Below are positions 29,980 to 45,162 of a stretch of 58,408 nt of DNA, piece by piece. Made by a program: the position numbers and the translations under genes. This DNA comes from Paramecium tetraurelia (taxonomy: Eukaryota), in NCBI GenBank assembly GCA_000165425.1, contig CT868080.1:1-58408 (forward strand). Reading direction: 5' to 3'. A model generated the notes under the pieces. That model saw only the letters and a program-made list of their open reading frames with translations. It had not been told where the DNA came from and searched no databases. Numbering within the stretch: the stretch's first letter is position 1; the number at the start of each line of letters is the position of its first letter.

Positions 29980-30990
29980 GCAACTGTAAATTTCTGATGA
30001 AACTTGAAGAATTCGAAAATCATATAAATTGAATCCATAAGATAATGAAGGAAATGCGAAAATTTTGGTTGGAGTGCTCAGAGTTTGCAGAGCCCTTATG
30101 GCTATATGATATAAGCCATATCATATTCTCATATCTTATTAGATGAACTTTTACATGGGAATGTTCCATTTAGAGACAGGAATAATCTTCAAGTATATTC
30201 CATCTGAAACATTCAAGATCAATTAGATCCTAAATCATTCTTGAATGCTAAAAAAATGCTGTCAATTTGAAATTGACAATCTCAACTTTTGTTTAAAATC
30301 GGCTATTTTCTAGAAGACAAATCCCTAGATAAACTTTAATATAACAAATAAAACAATTTACATTCAAAAGTAGGAAGCTTCTAATAGACCTATGTGTTAG
30401 GATTACACTAAATTCAAGATTTAAGAATAATAACTGAATGGTAAGATTTATTCTTAGAATAATTAAATTCGATATGAGGATTTCAGTAAATCTCGAATGG
30501 GCAGAGTAGCTAATAAGAAATGAGATCTTGCATTATTAACACAAATTAGAATAATAGCAATAAGAACGGAAGTAAGTTTTATCGGTAGTGTATTTTGTAT
30601 TTAGATGTTTTAAATAGGGATAAAATTGAAAAGTTGCTTGAATAATGATTATATGTAAAAATAGTATTATACTTGATTTAAATACTAGAATGAAAACTGT
30701 AAAGGAATTGGAGTAGAAATAGTTAATAATCAAAGAATGTAGAATATTATTTAGATTAATATGCCGAAAGGTTTTGTTTAAAGTACTTCACCGACCAGAG
30801 ATTTAATAATTCAAAGGAAAATCAGTAATTCAATTGCAACAATAATATATAGCTTCTAGATGGGCTGTCAAAGAGGAACTTGTAAATGCTTCAAATTAGA
30901 TTTGCAGATTTGCAGATTAATTCGAAATGAGTTTGAATTCAATCTAGAATTTCACATGAGGACAACTACTCAATTGGATTTGATAATTTG
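29980..30990 (+). pseudogene. Decayed protein kinase remnant (C-lobe fragment plus tail)
   Basis: ILLDELLHGNVPFRD resembles kinase subdomain IX (GILLYELLHGxxPF); surrounded by TGA stops and frameshifts; inverted copy at 47540-47860. Confidence 0.55.
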
Positions 30991-31040
30991 TTGATTTGAT
31001 TATTTTTATTGTATTTTAGATATAATATTTTATAAATAGG

Positions 31041-33875
31041 ATGTCAAAAAAATAAAATGTAATAAAAAGACTTAGCCTGCATAGCAAATAAATAGAAAAT
31101 TATCTTTAAGATGAAAGTTTACGATTGATAGGTATGGTTTAAATATAATAAGGTGATCAATCATACGGTGAACTTAAATTTGAAATTTGGAGTTATAACA
31201 AAACTCAGATAACTTTACTAAAGGAGCAGCAGTATGTAGATCCAGAACAACTTAAGAAATTGGAAGAGACTGAGGGCAAAAATAAAGACTGGGGAAGGTG
31301 CAGAATATTTAACATAATACGACCAGAAGAACCTAAAAAGATCATTTGGGATTTGATAGGAATGGGATTCATTTTTATATAGATGATACTGATTCCATTG
31401 ATTTTGACATTTGGACTGGATATGGATGATGGATTTAGCATATTTAGTAACATAATGGATTATTATTTTATTGTTGATATTGTATTGCAATTTTAGACAG
31501 GTTACTACAATAAGTAAATTATATAGAAATATGTTAGAGGTAATTATATCAATCAAAGAAGGAAGATAGCAATAAATTATTTAAAGTTGTGGTTTTGGTT
31601 AGATTTGATATCTTCATTCCCTTACGATGGAATAATCTCTCTCACTTTAGAGGAATCCAATTAAAAGGATGTGCAAAGAAACACATAAATTATAAAAATA
31701 ATGAGGATTCTGAGATTTGTTAAGGTAATTCGATTGATGAGGGCTTTGAAGCTAAAAAAGATTATTAACCAAATTGAGGATTCCTTGTCATTGGATAAAT
31801 CTATAACTTCGTTTATTCAGTTCTTAAAGATCTGTCTTATCATTCTCTGTTTATCACATTGGCTAGCATGTATATGGAATGCCATCAGATTGCTTTAACA
31901 AAATGAATAAGATTGGTACACATAATATGTTAGTAATTATGATTAAGAATTGGACAATGATCCAAATTATTGGTTCAATCAATATGTAGCAGGAATTTAT
32001 TTTAGGTATATCTCATTTTATATCAGAAATAAAGCATAACTACTATGATCACAATTGGATATGGAGACATCTCGCCAAAAAATACAATAGAAAGGTCTTT
32101 TGGTGTGTTTGTGATGATCTTGGCTTCTGGAGTATTCGGATATGTGATGAATTCTATTGTCTTACTATTTTAGAATACAAACGAATCTCTAGAAGAATTA
32201 TTAATCAAAAACGATTCTGCCAAAAAGTTTAAAATCATAATTATATTTTATTAGATACTTAAAACACAAATGCATTAATAAATCCCTATAAGCCAGAATC
32301 AAGAATTACCTAGAATGGCTGATAGAAGATGAATAATTGCAAAAAGGATATGCACATAACACTTTAGAGAAATTATCATTGCCCTTAAAAAATCAAGTGA
32401 CTCAATTGGTGCATGGGAATATGATGAGTTAGATTAAATTCTTAAGAAAGAATTTCTCCCCACTCATCTTAAAGAAACTAGCATTTATATTTCAAGATGA
32501 AGGTATTAACTATAATAAATTAGTATATAACCCTGAAGATTGGATAATTAAAAATGATGATCCTATTGACGATTCTACCTCCATTTATTTTATCTTAAAT
32601 GGAAGAGTTTAAATATGTTATCCTAAAACTAAAGGAGTTAATGATATTGTAGAATTGACCAAAAAATAATACTTTGGAGAGATCTCCTTTTTTGCCAATG
32701 TTCCTAGATGTGCATCTGCTAAAGCCAGAAATTTCATCAATTTATTTCGACTTTCAAGAAAAGCATTTTTAGAGCAATGTTAAAATGAAGATCTAGAACA
32801 ATTCTTTTAATTAAAATTTAATATTGAATTTGAATAGAAATTGGAAGGTTTGAATATTAAATGTTACGTATGTTCTGCAGTTAATCACACTGCCAAATAT
32901 TGTCCTAATACTCACTATGTTATCAACAAATATGATAGAATAAATATTATTGAAAAATATAATGATGAAATTAAATTGATGATAAATTCCAAAAGGAGAT
33001 TGAGAAAGAAATCAAGAACCTTTAATAATTTATCAAAAAATTAAGCAGCCATTCAACAAATCACCTCTGATCTTTATACTCTTGAAAAATATTTGAACTC
33101 CTTCAAAAAGAATAAATTAACAACCTTCAGAATTAAAGATTCCTTCAAAACAGATTCAATTAAAGAGTATACTAATTTTGTTCCATATTCAAATCTAGGA
33201 TCTATTGCAAGATTATAAAATTATAATGCTGAAATTCATGCTGAAAATGTGAGACAATTAAAAGAACAAGAAAAAAAGAATAAATTAAAAAGTAAATTTG
33301 TGTAATTGCTACAGAATAAATAAGAAAAGAGATCATCACAATAATCACTAAAAAACTCAACCAGCAAATTCTCTAAACTCATCTTTGAGGTTAATAAACT
33401 TAAATAATAACAAAAATTGGAGGAATAATCTGAAACCATCAAAGAAGAAACTCGCCCTTAAAGAAAGCTATCAAGATTGTCATCCCCAAAAACACATTAT
33501 ATCAGATATGAAACCAATATCAAGTTAAAACGAATGCCCAGAAAAACCTACCTTGATGAATTTAATCAAACAGATAAATTTAAGCAAACTATTGATGTAA
33601 TACCTGAGGATGCTTTAGAAAGTCCAGCCTAACTCTTGAATCAAACTAAATCCATAAAATTAAATATCAAACCATTTAAAATATTCAAATCCACAGAGTC
33701 AACTATTGTTGAGTCTGTACAATATCCGGATCTTTAAATAGAAAAACCTATAAAGAGAAGTCAATCAAATGAATAAATTGATTCAAATCAAAATGACCTA
33801 CAAACTCACCATAAGGCATTTCTCGAAAACATGATTTATCTTGTTGTAAACTATAAACTACAAAATTGTAAATGA
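31041..33875 (+). CDS. Voltage-gated K+ channel, EAG/CNBD family
   Basis: S4 RILRFVKVIRLMRALKL, pore TTMITIGYGDISP, CNBD YFGEISFF..PRCASA, CCHC knuckle CYVCSAVNHTAKYCP; TGA 33873-33875. Confidence 0.92.
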
Positions 33876-34271
33876 TCTAATTAACAATATTTTATACATC
33901 AATATTCTTGATCTATTTTAATCATAAAATATATGAATTATGAATATATTTTGTTTCTTTATTGATTGTCTTAAGAATTCATTTTCTTCAAAATCAAATC
34001 CTTACCTTGATATCGATTTTATCAAACTTGCACTTACTCTAAATTAAGAAAATCATGTATTCTTACTATAACTAGTAATTTATACTTTTTGATTGAAATC
34101 CATAACTATTACAATCTTATCTTCAAATATACTTTAATGATATATGATTCTTATTGAAATTTCCACATCATCTGTCTCGTCTATTAAATCTACTCTAGAG
34201 AATGATCTAAAAAAATAGAAACTTCAGTTTTGTTAATTGAAAGTTTGAATAATTTTTAATAATATTTAGAA

Positions 34272-36549
34272 ATGAATGTTCATAAAAAAATTCTAGAAAA
34301 GAATGGAAGATTGGACTCATAATATGCTCAATAATAATAATCACATGCAAAGGAAGAGGAATATATTCAAAACAAATAAAATAGTGTCTAGATATAATTT
34401 AATGCTTCCTATAATAATATTAGATGTACATCCAACATATTCCCACAGTCGAAATAGACCTTTATCGATGCAAAAATTCCATTTGCTATTATGATTTAAC
34501 CGTATGGATAATCCGTACAAGATGGATTTGTGTCAGTCAATAATGGAGGCTACCCTATTATAAGATGTGCAAGTTGTAGAGCATATTTGAATCCATTTAT
34601 GAATTTCATAGATGACTTTGACTACCTAAGATGCAACTTATGTAATTTGATTACTTAAATTGGATTCAATACTATAACAAAAGAGAATTCAAATTAAAGA
34701 ATTGAATTAACATTAGGATCATATGATATCAAGGCTGGATAAGAGTATTAGGCAAGACCACCTATGGCTCCTGCATATTTTTTTATGATTGATGTTTCAA
34801 CAAAGAGTGAAGCACTTTTAGGAATTATTGGATAGGTGATGAATGAGTTGATGATAAGCGAATAATTCAACGAAAGAACGCTATTCGGATTTTTGACATT
34901 TGATTCTTCTATTCATTTGTACAATTTCAATTCAAAACTTAAATAAGCCCAGATGTATGTTTTAACAGATGATAATGAATTGCCTATGCCTGGAGAATTT
35001 CTATTTAATTTACAAGACTCTAAAGATATAATTGTTGGATTCTTGAATTCTTTAGGTCAACTATTTTCAAAACCTCTGTAGAAGGCTACATAATTCATGG
35101 AAGCATTGAAGATATCATAAAAATTGATAAAAGAGAATGGTGCAAAATTAATTATCTTAACATCTTCACCAATTAAAGAATTGAGTATTGTGGATAATGG
35201 GAAGCAGCAACAATAGTATTTACATAAAAGCAAATCAGTATTGACGCAAATTACAGAAAGTATGTATTTTCAATTTATATGCCCATCAATATTTGTAGTT
35301 CCAAATAATTATATGAACATATACACTATCAATCAATTGGCAACTTATCTAAATGGAGATGTGTTCTATTATGATGATCCCACAGTTTATAGTAAGAAGT
35401 TTTTATTAATGTTAAAGCAACTAAATTTAGGAATGACTTAAAAGAAGTGTTGAGCAGAGATTATGCCTGGGAATCGGTATTTAGAGTTAGAACTTCTGTT
35501 GGATGGAAGATTAAATATGTGTATGGCAATTATGTTGTGAAAACTTCAGATCTTTTGAGTATTAATAATTGCGATGAGTAAATATTAATGATCATTATTG
35601 ATAGCTAAAAAGTGTTAGTTTATGAATTAGAACTAACCGAACCGAATCTACCTTATGATAATCTCTACATATAAACTGCTTTATTGTATACTTCCTTGAA
35701 AAGCGAGAGAAGAATTAGAGTTCATAATTATTGTATTCCTCTTAGTAATTCTGTCAAAACTATATACTCTCATATCGATCAATCCACATTGGCAATGAGC
35801 ATCTTTAAAATGGCTTTGTTTTAAATTAATTCAGCTAAGAATTTGATTCCTGTTAAAGAATACATAATCTCAACTATTAGATCGATCTTTTATAATTGTA
35901 AATTATACAATATCAGTTTGGATTAAATGTATGCGTACTCTTTAGGTATCATGAAATCGATTATATTTAATTACTCTTATGATTAATAAAGTATCTTGAC
36001 GGATTATGTCAACTACTTTAGAATTGTATTTCAGTATATCCACTTCGATGAATTAGTTACTTATTTAGTACCACAATTATACAATGTGAGTAGTTTACAA
36101 GAACATTAATGTGTTTATGATGATGAGGGTCAGTTCGCGTACCCAGAATAATTATCTTTAGTGTTCTCTGAGTTATCAAGTGGAGGTCTTTATCTGATGG
36201 ATTGTGGATATTGTTTAATATTATATATATGCATGTATTTGAATGTGTAATTAGAGAATACATGATCCAACTTAATTAGTAACTCTATTTGATGCGGAAT
36301 ACGACACTAAACAAAATGAGGATAACCTCTAATCGCACAATGGAATCTATACTCTGATCTCCCAATTAAGATAGTATAATTACATCTAATAAATCAAGCA
36401 ATAAATTTACAAAATATGCTCCGTTGTACATTGTCAAATAAGGTTGTAAGAGTATATGGGAAGATGTATTTATGCAAAATCTAATTTATGAAGATTTCAA
36501 TCCTTAGTATAGGATGGACTACAATAGATTTGTATCATATATTGGTTGA
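34272..36549 (+). CDS. SEC24: COPII coat subunit Sec24-like
   Basis: Zn finger IRCASCRAYLNPF..CNLC, EYQARPPMAPAYFFMIDVS trunk, YAWESVFRVRTS, QTALLYTSLKSERRIRVHN; TGA 36547-36549. Confidence 0.9.
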
Positions 36550-36616
36550 TAATAAAATTGTATATTTAATATATATACAGGATAGTATATTATTATAAAA
36601 ATTTAAATAATATAAT

Positions 36617-38957
36617 ATGAATTCATCCTAATATGGAGCATTCGGTATGAGTGGTAATAATTTCAATTAAGGAAAACCACCTGTCAATAATTACAATTTC
36701 GAAAATGTTAGAGTAATTAATCACTTTAATGAAATTAGGCATAATAACCCGCACCTGGTGGACCATAGCCTTCTAGAGGAAAACCTCTTGGAACAGCAGC
36801 TAGACAACCTCAAGCAGAAGCTAGACCTATGACCTCCAATAGAGGAGCTAATTTTGGTTAGAAGAAGGACCCATTCAATTCCACCCAAAATCAATTAAAT
36901 TTGAATAAACCAAAACTTGAAACTAATCCTGAAGAATAATTTAAATCAATAGAAAAAGAAATTAATAATCTCATAGAACAGAGTGCAATGGCTAAATTGA
37001 GGGGAAACTTATCTGAATGTTTAGAAAAAGCAAAAGAAGCATTCAATAAGGAAAAAAAGTTAAGACAATCTAAGGAAGCATAAAATTTAGCTGAATCAAT
37101 TAATACTGATCTCAGCTATTGTGCTGCCCTAACATAAGCTTGTGCCTTACATGCAAATGGATTACATTAGGATGCTCTAACCAAATATCAAGAAATTATA
37201 AAATGTAAATAATACCCTCAAGCAGGAAGATTAAGAGTTAATATGGGCAACATCTATTTTGAATAAAAAAAGTATCTTACTGCAATAAAAATGTATAAGA
37301 TGGCATTAGACTTAATACCTGCTACTTCTAAAGAGATGAGATTCAAAATATAAAAAAATATAGGTCATGCTTAAGTAAGAATTGGCAAAGAGAAAATTAA
37401 GGAAGCCATCACAACGTATGAATAAATTCTTAAGAATTCTCCTGACTTCCCAACAGGCTTTAATCTGATGATTTGTTTATATCTAAGTGGAAATAAGAAT
37501 AAAATGAAGGATTACTTTGTCACATTACTCACAATTGAAATACCAGGAGAGAATGAGGAAGAGAATAATGAAAATAAGGGCACAACTATAACAGATAAAT
37601 TAAGAGAAGATACTAAGGAAAGAAGAAGGGAAGCCATTTATTATATAGTCACCGCAGCAAAATTAATTGCTCCATTGATTGAGGATGATATCATTATTGG
37701 ATACGAATGGATTTTAGAGTAGTTAAAGAATTCAACATTCCCAGAAGCTGAAACTGAAATTGAAATTTGTAAAGCTATGGCATTTTTGAAAAAGAAGAAC
37801 ATAGAAAAATCTATTGAAACTCTGAAAGGATTCGAAAAAAAAGATAAACAAATTATGGCTAGAATAGCAACGAATATTTCATTTTTGTATTTCTTAGAAA
37901 ATGATTACAAACAAGCTGAGAAATATGCAGAAATTGCCATCACTTATGATAGATACAATGCCAAAGCTCTAGTCAATAGAGGTAATTGTCTGTATGTTAA
38001 AAATGAATTCTTAAGAGCCAAAGAATAATACTTAGAAGCGATTGGTGTAGAGGCTGATTGTATTGAAGCACTCTACAATTTAGCATATGTCAATAGAAAA
38101 TTGAATATGTTTGTGGAATCACTATAAGCATTAGATAAACTATAAACTATTGTTTGCATTCCTGAAGTTCTGTATCAGATGGCTACATTATATGAAATGA
38201 CAGGCAATTCGAAATAAGCTATGAAATGGTATTTGGAAGTAATGAATAAAGTACCTAATGATCCCAATATCTTGGCTAGACTGGGGTCGTTATTTGCAAG
38301 AGTATGAATGTTGATTAATAAATTATTAGGAAGATGACGAACCCTAAGCTTTGCATTATTTCTAAGAATCTTATAGAATCTTACCCACTAACATAGAAAC
38401 TATCTCATGGTTGGGAGTGTATTATGTGAAATAGGAAATGTATGAAAAGGCTAGTTTATACTTTGAGAGAGCTGCTTAAGTGTAGTCAAGAGATGTAAAA
38501 TGGAAATTGATGGTTGCAAGTTGTTATCGAAGAATGGGGCATTTCTAAAAGGCCTTGGGAAATTACCAAAAAATATACTCAGATTATCCTGATAATATTG
38601 AATGTATTAATTTTTAATCATCTATTCAGGTCTCAGATTTTTAGTTTAATTATGTCGAGAAATGGGATTACCATATGAAGAATATGCTGGATAATTGAGA
38701 AAGTTAGAGAGGGAAATGGAAATGATGGATGGATATCAAGGTCAAGATATCAATTTAATCAATAATGAAGATGAATAGGTTAGATTGCCTTAAGGAGATG
38801 ACAATCCTGTTAGTTTTACTAATAATACTAGGTTTTTATTGATTCATATTATTATAATAGACGTGGGAATAAACAACCACCTCCTAAAACGAATGTTAGA
38901 CAAAATATTGATGATGAGTAATTCTAGGATGGGGTAGAAGATAACTTTTTACCTTGA
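36617..38957 (+). CDS. IFT88: Intraflagellar transport protein 88 (TPR repeats)
   Basis: RPMTSNRGANF, LEKAKEA, AGRLRVNMGNIYF, DRYNAKALVNRGN, DEPQALHYFQESYR, KWKLMVASCYRR; TGA 38955-38957. Confidence 0.93.
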
Positions 38958-38985
38958 AATGATATAAAATATAAATATATAAATT

Positions 38986-41900
38986 ATGAACATTTCATAG
39001 TAATATGAGGAATAATAAAATTCAGAGAGAATTGATACTCAATTTCGAAAACAGGATCAGAATCTTTTCAGAAGACAATTTTCTCAATATTAATTCAATA
39101 ATACTTGGAAACTTAATGGACTCAACATCATTTTAATAGTTCTAAAATTTATATAAGCGATAACGAAATAAACATTTACTACTTCCTTTAAGTTGCTCAA
39201 TCGACAATTTTTCAAATTGCTTAAGGATAAAACCTCAGATTACAACTATTATCTGCATAGAGGCTATTTTACACAAGCCAAAGCGTAATCCTTTATGATT
39301 AAATTTGATCAAAGGGTGAACTTCTTCCAATGTAATAACCTTTATTATTATAGATTACAGAAGAAATTACATAAAGAGATTCATGCAGTTTATATTATTG
39401 GAACCTGATGACACAATAATTATAATTTGGAATATTTATTTATTGTGTATTGTTACAATCAATGTGTTTTATGTTTCACTACGATTATCTTTTGTGGAAA
39501 TTGTGAAAATGGATTGGGTATTGAAAGATTTCATATTTGAATAACTACCTAGTTATTCATTTTTATTAGAAATTATAATTAAATTTAATACCTGTATTTA
39601 TAGTAAAGGAGTACTGATTAAAAATAGAAAGAGATTAATAAAGCGATATCTAAAGAGAGAATTTCTAATTGATATGGTTTTAATCATACCATTCTTTATT
39701 GGAAGATAATTTGATTTTATATACTTAGATCTTGTTATTATCTTGAAAGTGTTCCAGATATCCAAATTAACTAATTCTTTATTTAATCGTTTGGAATTGA
39801 CATAACAACAAACTACAGTTTTTGAATTGGTTAAACTAATGTAATAATACATCAATAATAGAGTTTTTTTATACTATTGTGTGCTCATTTCTCAGCTTGT
39901 ATTTGGCATAAACTAGGAGTTTGGGGAGATTGGGGAGATAAAAACACACTAACTTGGTTGATAAAAGAATAATTATACAATTCAATGTGGATTGATAGAT
40001 ATGTAGTTTCATTTTATTGGAGTATTGTTACTATGACAACTATTGGTTATGGTGATATCACTCCTGTAAATTTAACCGAAAGATTATTTTGCATAGGAAT
40101 GACATTGATATCGACAGCAACCTTTGCTTATTCAGTCAATAGTATTGGATAAATATTTTAGGACATGTCTAAATAATCTGTTTAATTTAAAACAAATATG
40201 AATAGTTTAAATAGATACTTAAAAAATTAAAAAGTATCAACTACATTGCAAATCAAGTTTAGAAGATATTTTGAATATTTTTGGAGTAAACCTTCTCAAG
40301 AAGTAATTCAGTTTTAGGATTAAATTCCTTAATAGTTAAAGGATCTAATGATTGTAGATATAAATATTAAATTGCTAAAATAATTGGATTTATTTAAGTA
40401 ATTTACTAATTCATTATTAAATATACTTTGTTTATAATTCAAAGAATAGTAATTGTAACCAGATGAATATTTATTTAAATCAAATTAGAGGGCTGATAAA
40501 TTATATATATTAGTAAGTGGATAAATCGATTTGCATGTGATCATCAATAAAAAAAAAAGAATAATTGAAAAAATAAAGACTCAATGTCTAGTTGGTTAAC
40601 TCAATTTTCTTCTCAATACTGAATATAATTATGAAGCTATTGCTACAAAAAACACAAAATTATTGGCGATTGATCGATAAACTTTGATTGAAAACATTAA
40701 ATAGAGTGATATTGACTATGTAATTATATTATTCAAATCTGATAGTAAATCTATAAGAACTTTGAGGAAGACATTAGATTGCAAAAATAATTTGGAAGAA
40801 TCTCAATAAAATGCTCTATTTGTCATAAGTCAAATCATTTTGTACTTGATTGTCCTCTCCTCATAGGAGGTATAAACAGAACAAAAGTATTGTATCAATT
40901 GAGACACAACGTACCTCAAGATAGAATTTTGAAAGTAAGAAATAATGAGGACAGAAGAATATCAACAAAGAAGCATCATTTTCTTGTCATGGAAAGTGTA
41001 ATATAATACATAATGAAGAATGATGAAATTTGCAATCTAGAGGGAATTAAAGAATGTAAATATATATATTTTCAATCTAGAATTACAAGCAGCAATCAAA
41101 CAACAATAATAATATGAAGAGAAGATCTCATATAATTTATCTAACTAATTCACAAAGCCAACATCTCAATTACCAAATGTTCCAACTTCAATTAATTGTA
41201 TATCTCATTAATCTCTTCGTAATACTCAATAAATCTAAAACTAAAGGTCTTTAAAGGATAATTAAATTCAAGAAGTGCCTATAGAAAAAGATATTCAATT
41301 TGGAACTTTAAGTAAATCTTAGGATATTCGATTGCTAACAGACTTGAATAATTTAACAATATAACCTATTTTGGAAGAACCATAAACTAAGGAAGAAAGA
41401 TCTGATGAGAATAAGTTTTCCATTAACCTTAGTGAATAATTGCCATAAGTGGAAATTTAATAAACGTCTATTGTCCCTTCAGCTGACACTGATACAAAGC
41501 AACCACAATAAAGAATGATGAAAAAAAGACATTCCATTAGATAGAAATTCGAGAGAAAATAAACAGAATAATATGAGAACAAATCAAACAGATAAAAATA
41601 ATTTAAAAGGTTATTTACCGAAAGACAAAATAGTTAAGAGGGATTGCCTCAGTTATCTGGATTTAATAATTAATTAATTGTATCCCAACAATAAAAGATG
41701 AACAAATTATAACAACCGACCATTATGAGAAAACAAAGCATTTAGGATTACATAATTTAAAAAGAAAAAGCATAAGAACCTCTAAAGCATAAGTAAAATA
41801 AATAAGATGATTCACCTTTTGAATTGGAATATTCTAATAGTCAACGCTCTATTAAAAATAGCAATGTTAGACCTAACATTGAAATTTTTAAAGTGGATGA

Positions 41901-42581
41901 TGATAGTGATTAATCTTAAGATAAAGATAAGAAATAAATAACTAACAAGATATATACCAAGGTTATTAATGATGATGAAAATTCTGAAGATGAAAAGGAT
42001 TTAACCAATTAGTTTTTAGAAGAACAAATATTGAAAAATAGATAAAGATTTACTGATAAATAGATTGCATCTCAAGAACCTCAGCAAAATTAACTTTGGC
42101 ATTTCCCCTAATAGGAATTTAAACCTTTGGAGCAAAGTATGATGATCTAATATGAGAAAATTAAATAGAAAGAAGAACTGCTACACTAATAGAAGGAGAA
42201 GCAATAAACAGTAATTAATAATAAGGAAAGCAAAGAAAGCAAAGACATCAATAATCAAGCAAGTATATAACGGGGATTAACTATTAAAGTGACCTCAGAT
42301 GATTCCTCAGATGAGGACATCAATGGATAAAAACTAATTAGAGGGTAATATCTAGAAATTTTTAAAGATTTTGAAGTAGTTAAAGAATTTAAGTGCTATT
42401 ATCCACATAATAATATTAATCAAATTATATTTTTGGTATAAATCAATTATTATCGTAGTTATATAAAAATGATTTTAATTCATAGCATCATTTTTTGAGA
42501 AAGAGAAAAATCAAAAAGTAAGATACAATAATGAATCTCCTAAAATAAACGTAGAATCTTATACGTAAAAATTAATAATGA
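38986..42581 (+). CDS. Voltage-gated K+ channel, EAG/CNBD family, long disordered C-terminus
   Basis: SFYWSIVTMTTIGYGDITP pore, CNBD, knuckle CSICHKSNHFVLDCP; ATG only 28 nt after the IFT88 stop; TGA 42579-42581. Confidence 0.88.
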
Positions 42582-42927
42582 TTTATAATTCGTTTTTAAA
42601 TTTCATCCTTTATTATTTTAATATATTAGGTATATAAATATAAATTTTTGATTATGATTATTAAGATATAATAAACAGTTAACTCTTCATCATTAAGAAG
42701 TTATTTAATATTTTTCATAGTATAAACATGCTAAAGACAAATGTAAAATTAGTAATTAAAAATATAAAACTATAATTTAGAGAATTCAATCATCAACAAA
42801 CGATTTTTCTATTTTAATCCTGTTGTCATTTAAAATAAATCTCCTAAAATTTATTTCCTATTAACAATAGAATAATTAATTTTGTCAAAATTCATAATGT
42901 AGTGCATTAAAGAATTTTAATAAATAA

Positions 42928-45162
42928 ATGATTAAATTAAGGGAATAGGAGTCAGATTATTAATGTTTGTACTAACATTAAAAACCCATAGTAGCAATCG
43001 CTTTAAACAAAAGTTCGTCTTTATGTAATAGATTCTTGTGCGCTGATTGTATCAAAAATTTTGAAAAGAATATCATGACTATGGGATGGAGGACAGCAAT
43101 TGAAAAAATTGAATCCGAATTGTAACATAAACATAAAGTAATTGAAACACTTATCACTCCATTTCTTAAATTGCTTAAAGAATTTCAAAGTGATCTAGAA
43201 CAATTTAGGATCGCCATTTCAAATTAAATAGATCAAGTTCTATCAATAGTCAATTAATGGTAGTAAGATTTACATAACGAAAAATAAAAATAGGTTGACT
43301 ACAAGTTTCTTGAAGAGTTGGAATATATTGTACAAAAAGAAATTACATAATAAAGTAGTCAATATTTTGAAGATAAAATTAGAAATCAAATAAAAGAATT
43401 ATAATCTAAATGGATTGTTCAGGTAGAATCAAAATTATCCTAATTATCAAAATTTGAATAGTTAAACTCTTGCTAAGAGAAATTAAAATTGATTGATAAA
43501 TAAAGAAAAATTTAAATAATTAAATTAAAAAAAGAATTAGAGTTGCCATTAATAAAACTTGATTCAACTGAAATAGGAGTTTAATATTACTTATATGATA
43601 CTAGCTAAAAAAGTCTAAGCAATAATTATAAAACAGTAATTTTTATTGGGTAGAAGGAGTAAGGAAAAACTACATTGATAGATGCATTTGTAAATTATTA
43701 TTTTGATATTAAATTTGATGACAATTTTAGATTAAGGGTATCAAACAATGAGCCAACGTCAAAAGCTACACATTACATGATTCCTCCATATGGCTCAAGA
43801 ACATACGGATTTTGTTTGATTGATACTCCAAGTTTTCACAATAAAAATGATTCAGAAATAATGAATTTAATAATTAACTTAATCCTCAATTGCAAGGATC
43901 AATTAACATTGGTATTTTGTTTAAAAGCAGAAAACACTAGAAATGCTTAAGAATCAGTCTAAACTTTATAAGATATACTTGCAGTCACAGGATAACATCA
44001 AGAAATTAAATTAGTTATCGTTCGTACTCTCTTTTCAAATGAAAATATCAATACTATTAATACTGAAGATGATTTATATCTTAATGAATTAGAAGAGTCT
44101 TACAATTTAGATATTAATGCAAATAATGTATTAAGAAAGAATAAAAGTACTAAAACTATCTTTAAATAAAGTATGGAAAAGTTATAATAGATTGAATTTT
44201 AGGAATAAAATCTATCGCTTTCTGTTAAAATGTAGCTTGTGTCAAATAGAGTGTCTAATAATACAAATTATTCACCAATATTCTATTAAAGTTACAATTA
44301 ACTAAAATAGTTATTCCTTCAAAATGTTCAGATCTATAATAAAAATAAACAATAACAATATCTGAATAATATGATAACTCTCTATTATTTAAAGAGGGTT
44401 GAAAAACAAGTTAATACCTTTTAGTTCAATTGTGATTATCATTTACTAACATGTTTAACTGGCTTCAGAAATCAAATAAATGCAGTTGATTGTTGGGCTA
44501 TCTTAAATAATTAATGCATCTGCGGATGCACAAAAGAACGAATTTCCATTAATTATCAACAAATATCATATGAGGAAGAATGTACAATCACTTGTAATGA
44601 TGAAGTTTATTAAGAAAATATTCTCATTAATAAATTAGCTTTGCGAAGGATATTTTATTTCCTTTTTAACCTATATATATATAAATCTTAAAATCAACAA
44701 TTCAAATAAAGTTAATTTTTTGAGATACTCAAGAAAGAGGAACAATTCAAAGATAATATTGATTTAGAATTATGCCAATAGGTATGTTTAGGGTAGTTTA
44801 ACAAATAATAAAATGTCCAGTAAAATTAATAGTACTACAAGATGTAAAATAACCAATTGTACCCGTAATAGCATTTAGCTCTAAACAGTTAAGCTATATA
44901 AAAATTACCATAAAATTAAGTGCTTAATAATGAATAATACACACCATAGCGAATTTAATAAAACAACTAATAAGACTTTTTCTTCAACAACTAAAAATAA
45001 GCTTAGATGCCTCAAAATGTGCACTAATTAAATGATAAATAAGGATAGTTTTAATAGTATCCAATTATAAATAGACCTAATCCTTCACCTGGATAAAATT
45101 TATAAACTTTCTATCCAACACTAAATAATTAAGGGCCTACTCAAAATACTATGAGATTTTGA
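42928..45162 (+). CDS. P-loop GTPase (septin/AIG1-like) with N-terminal Zn finger and coiled coil, Q/N/P-rich tail
   Basis: CLYQHQKPI..RFLCADCI; VIFIGQKEQGKTTLIDAFVNY; FCLIDTPSF; Cys-rich segment; ATG and TGA 45160-45162 in the same frame. Confidence 0.75.
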
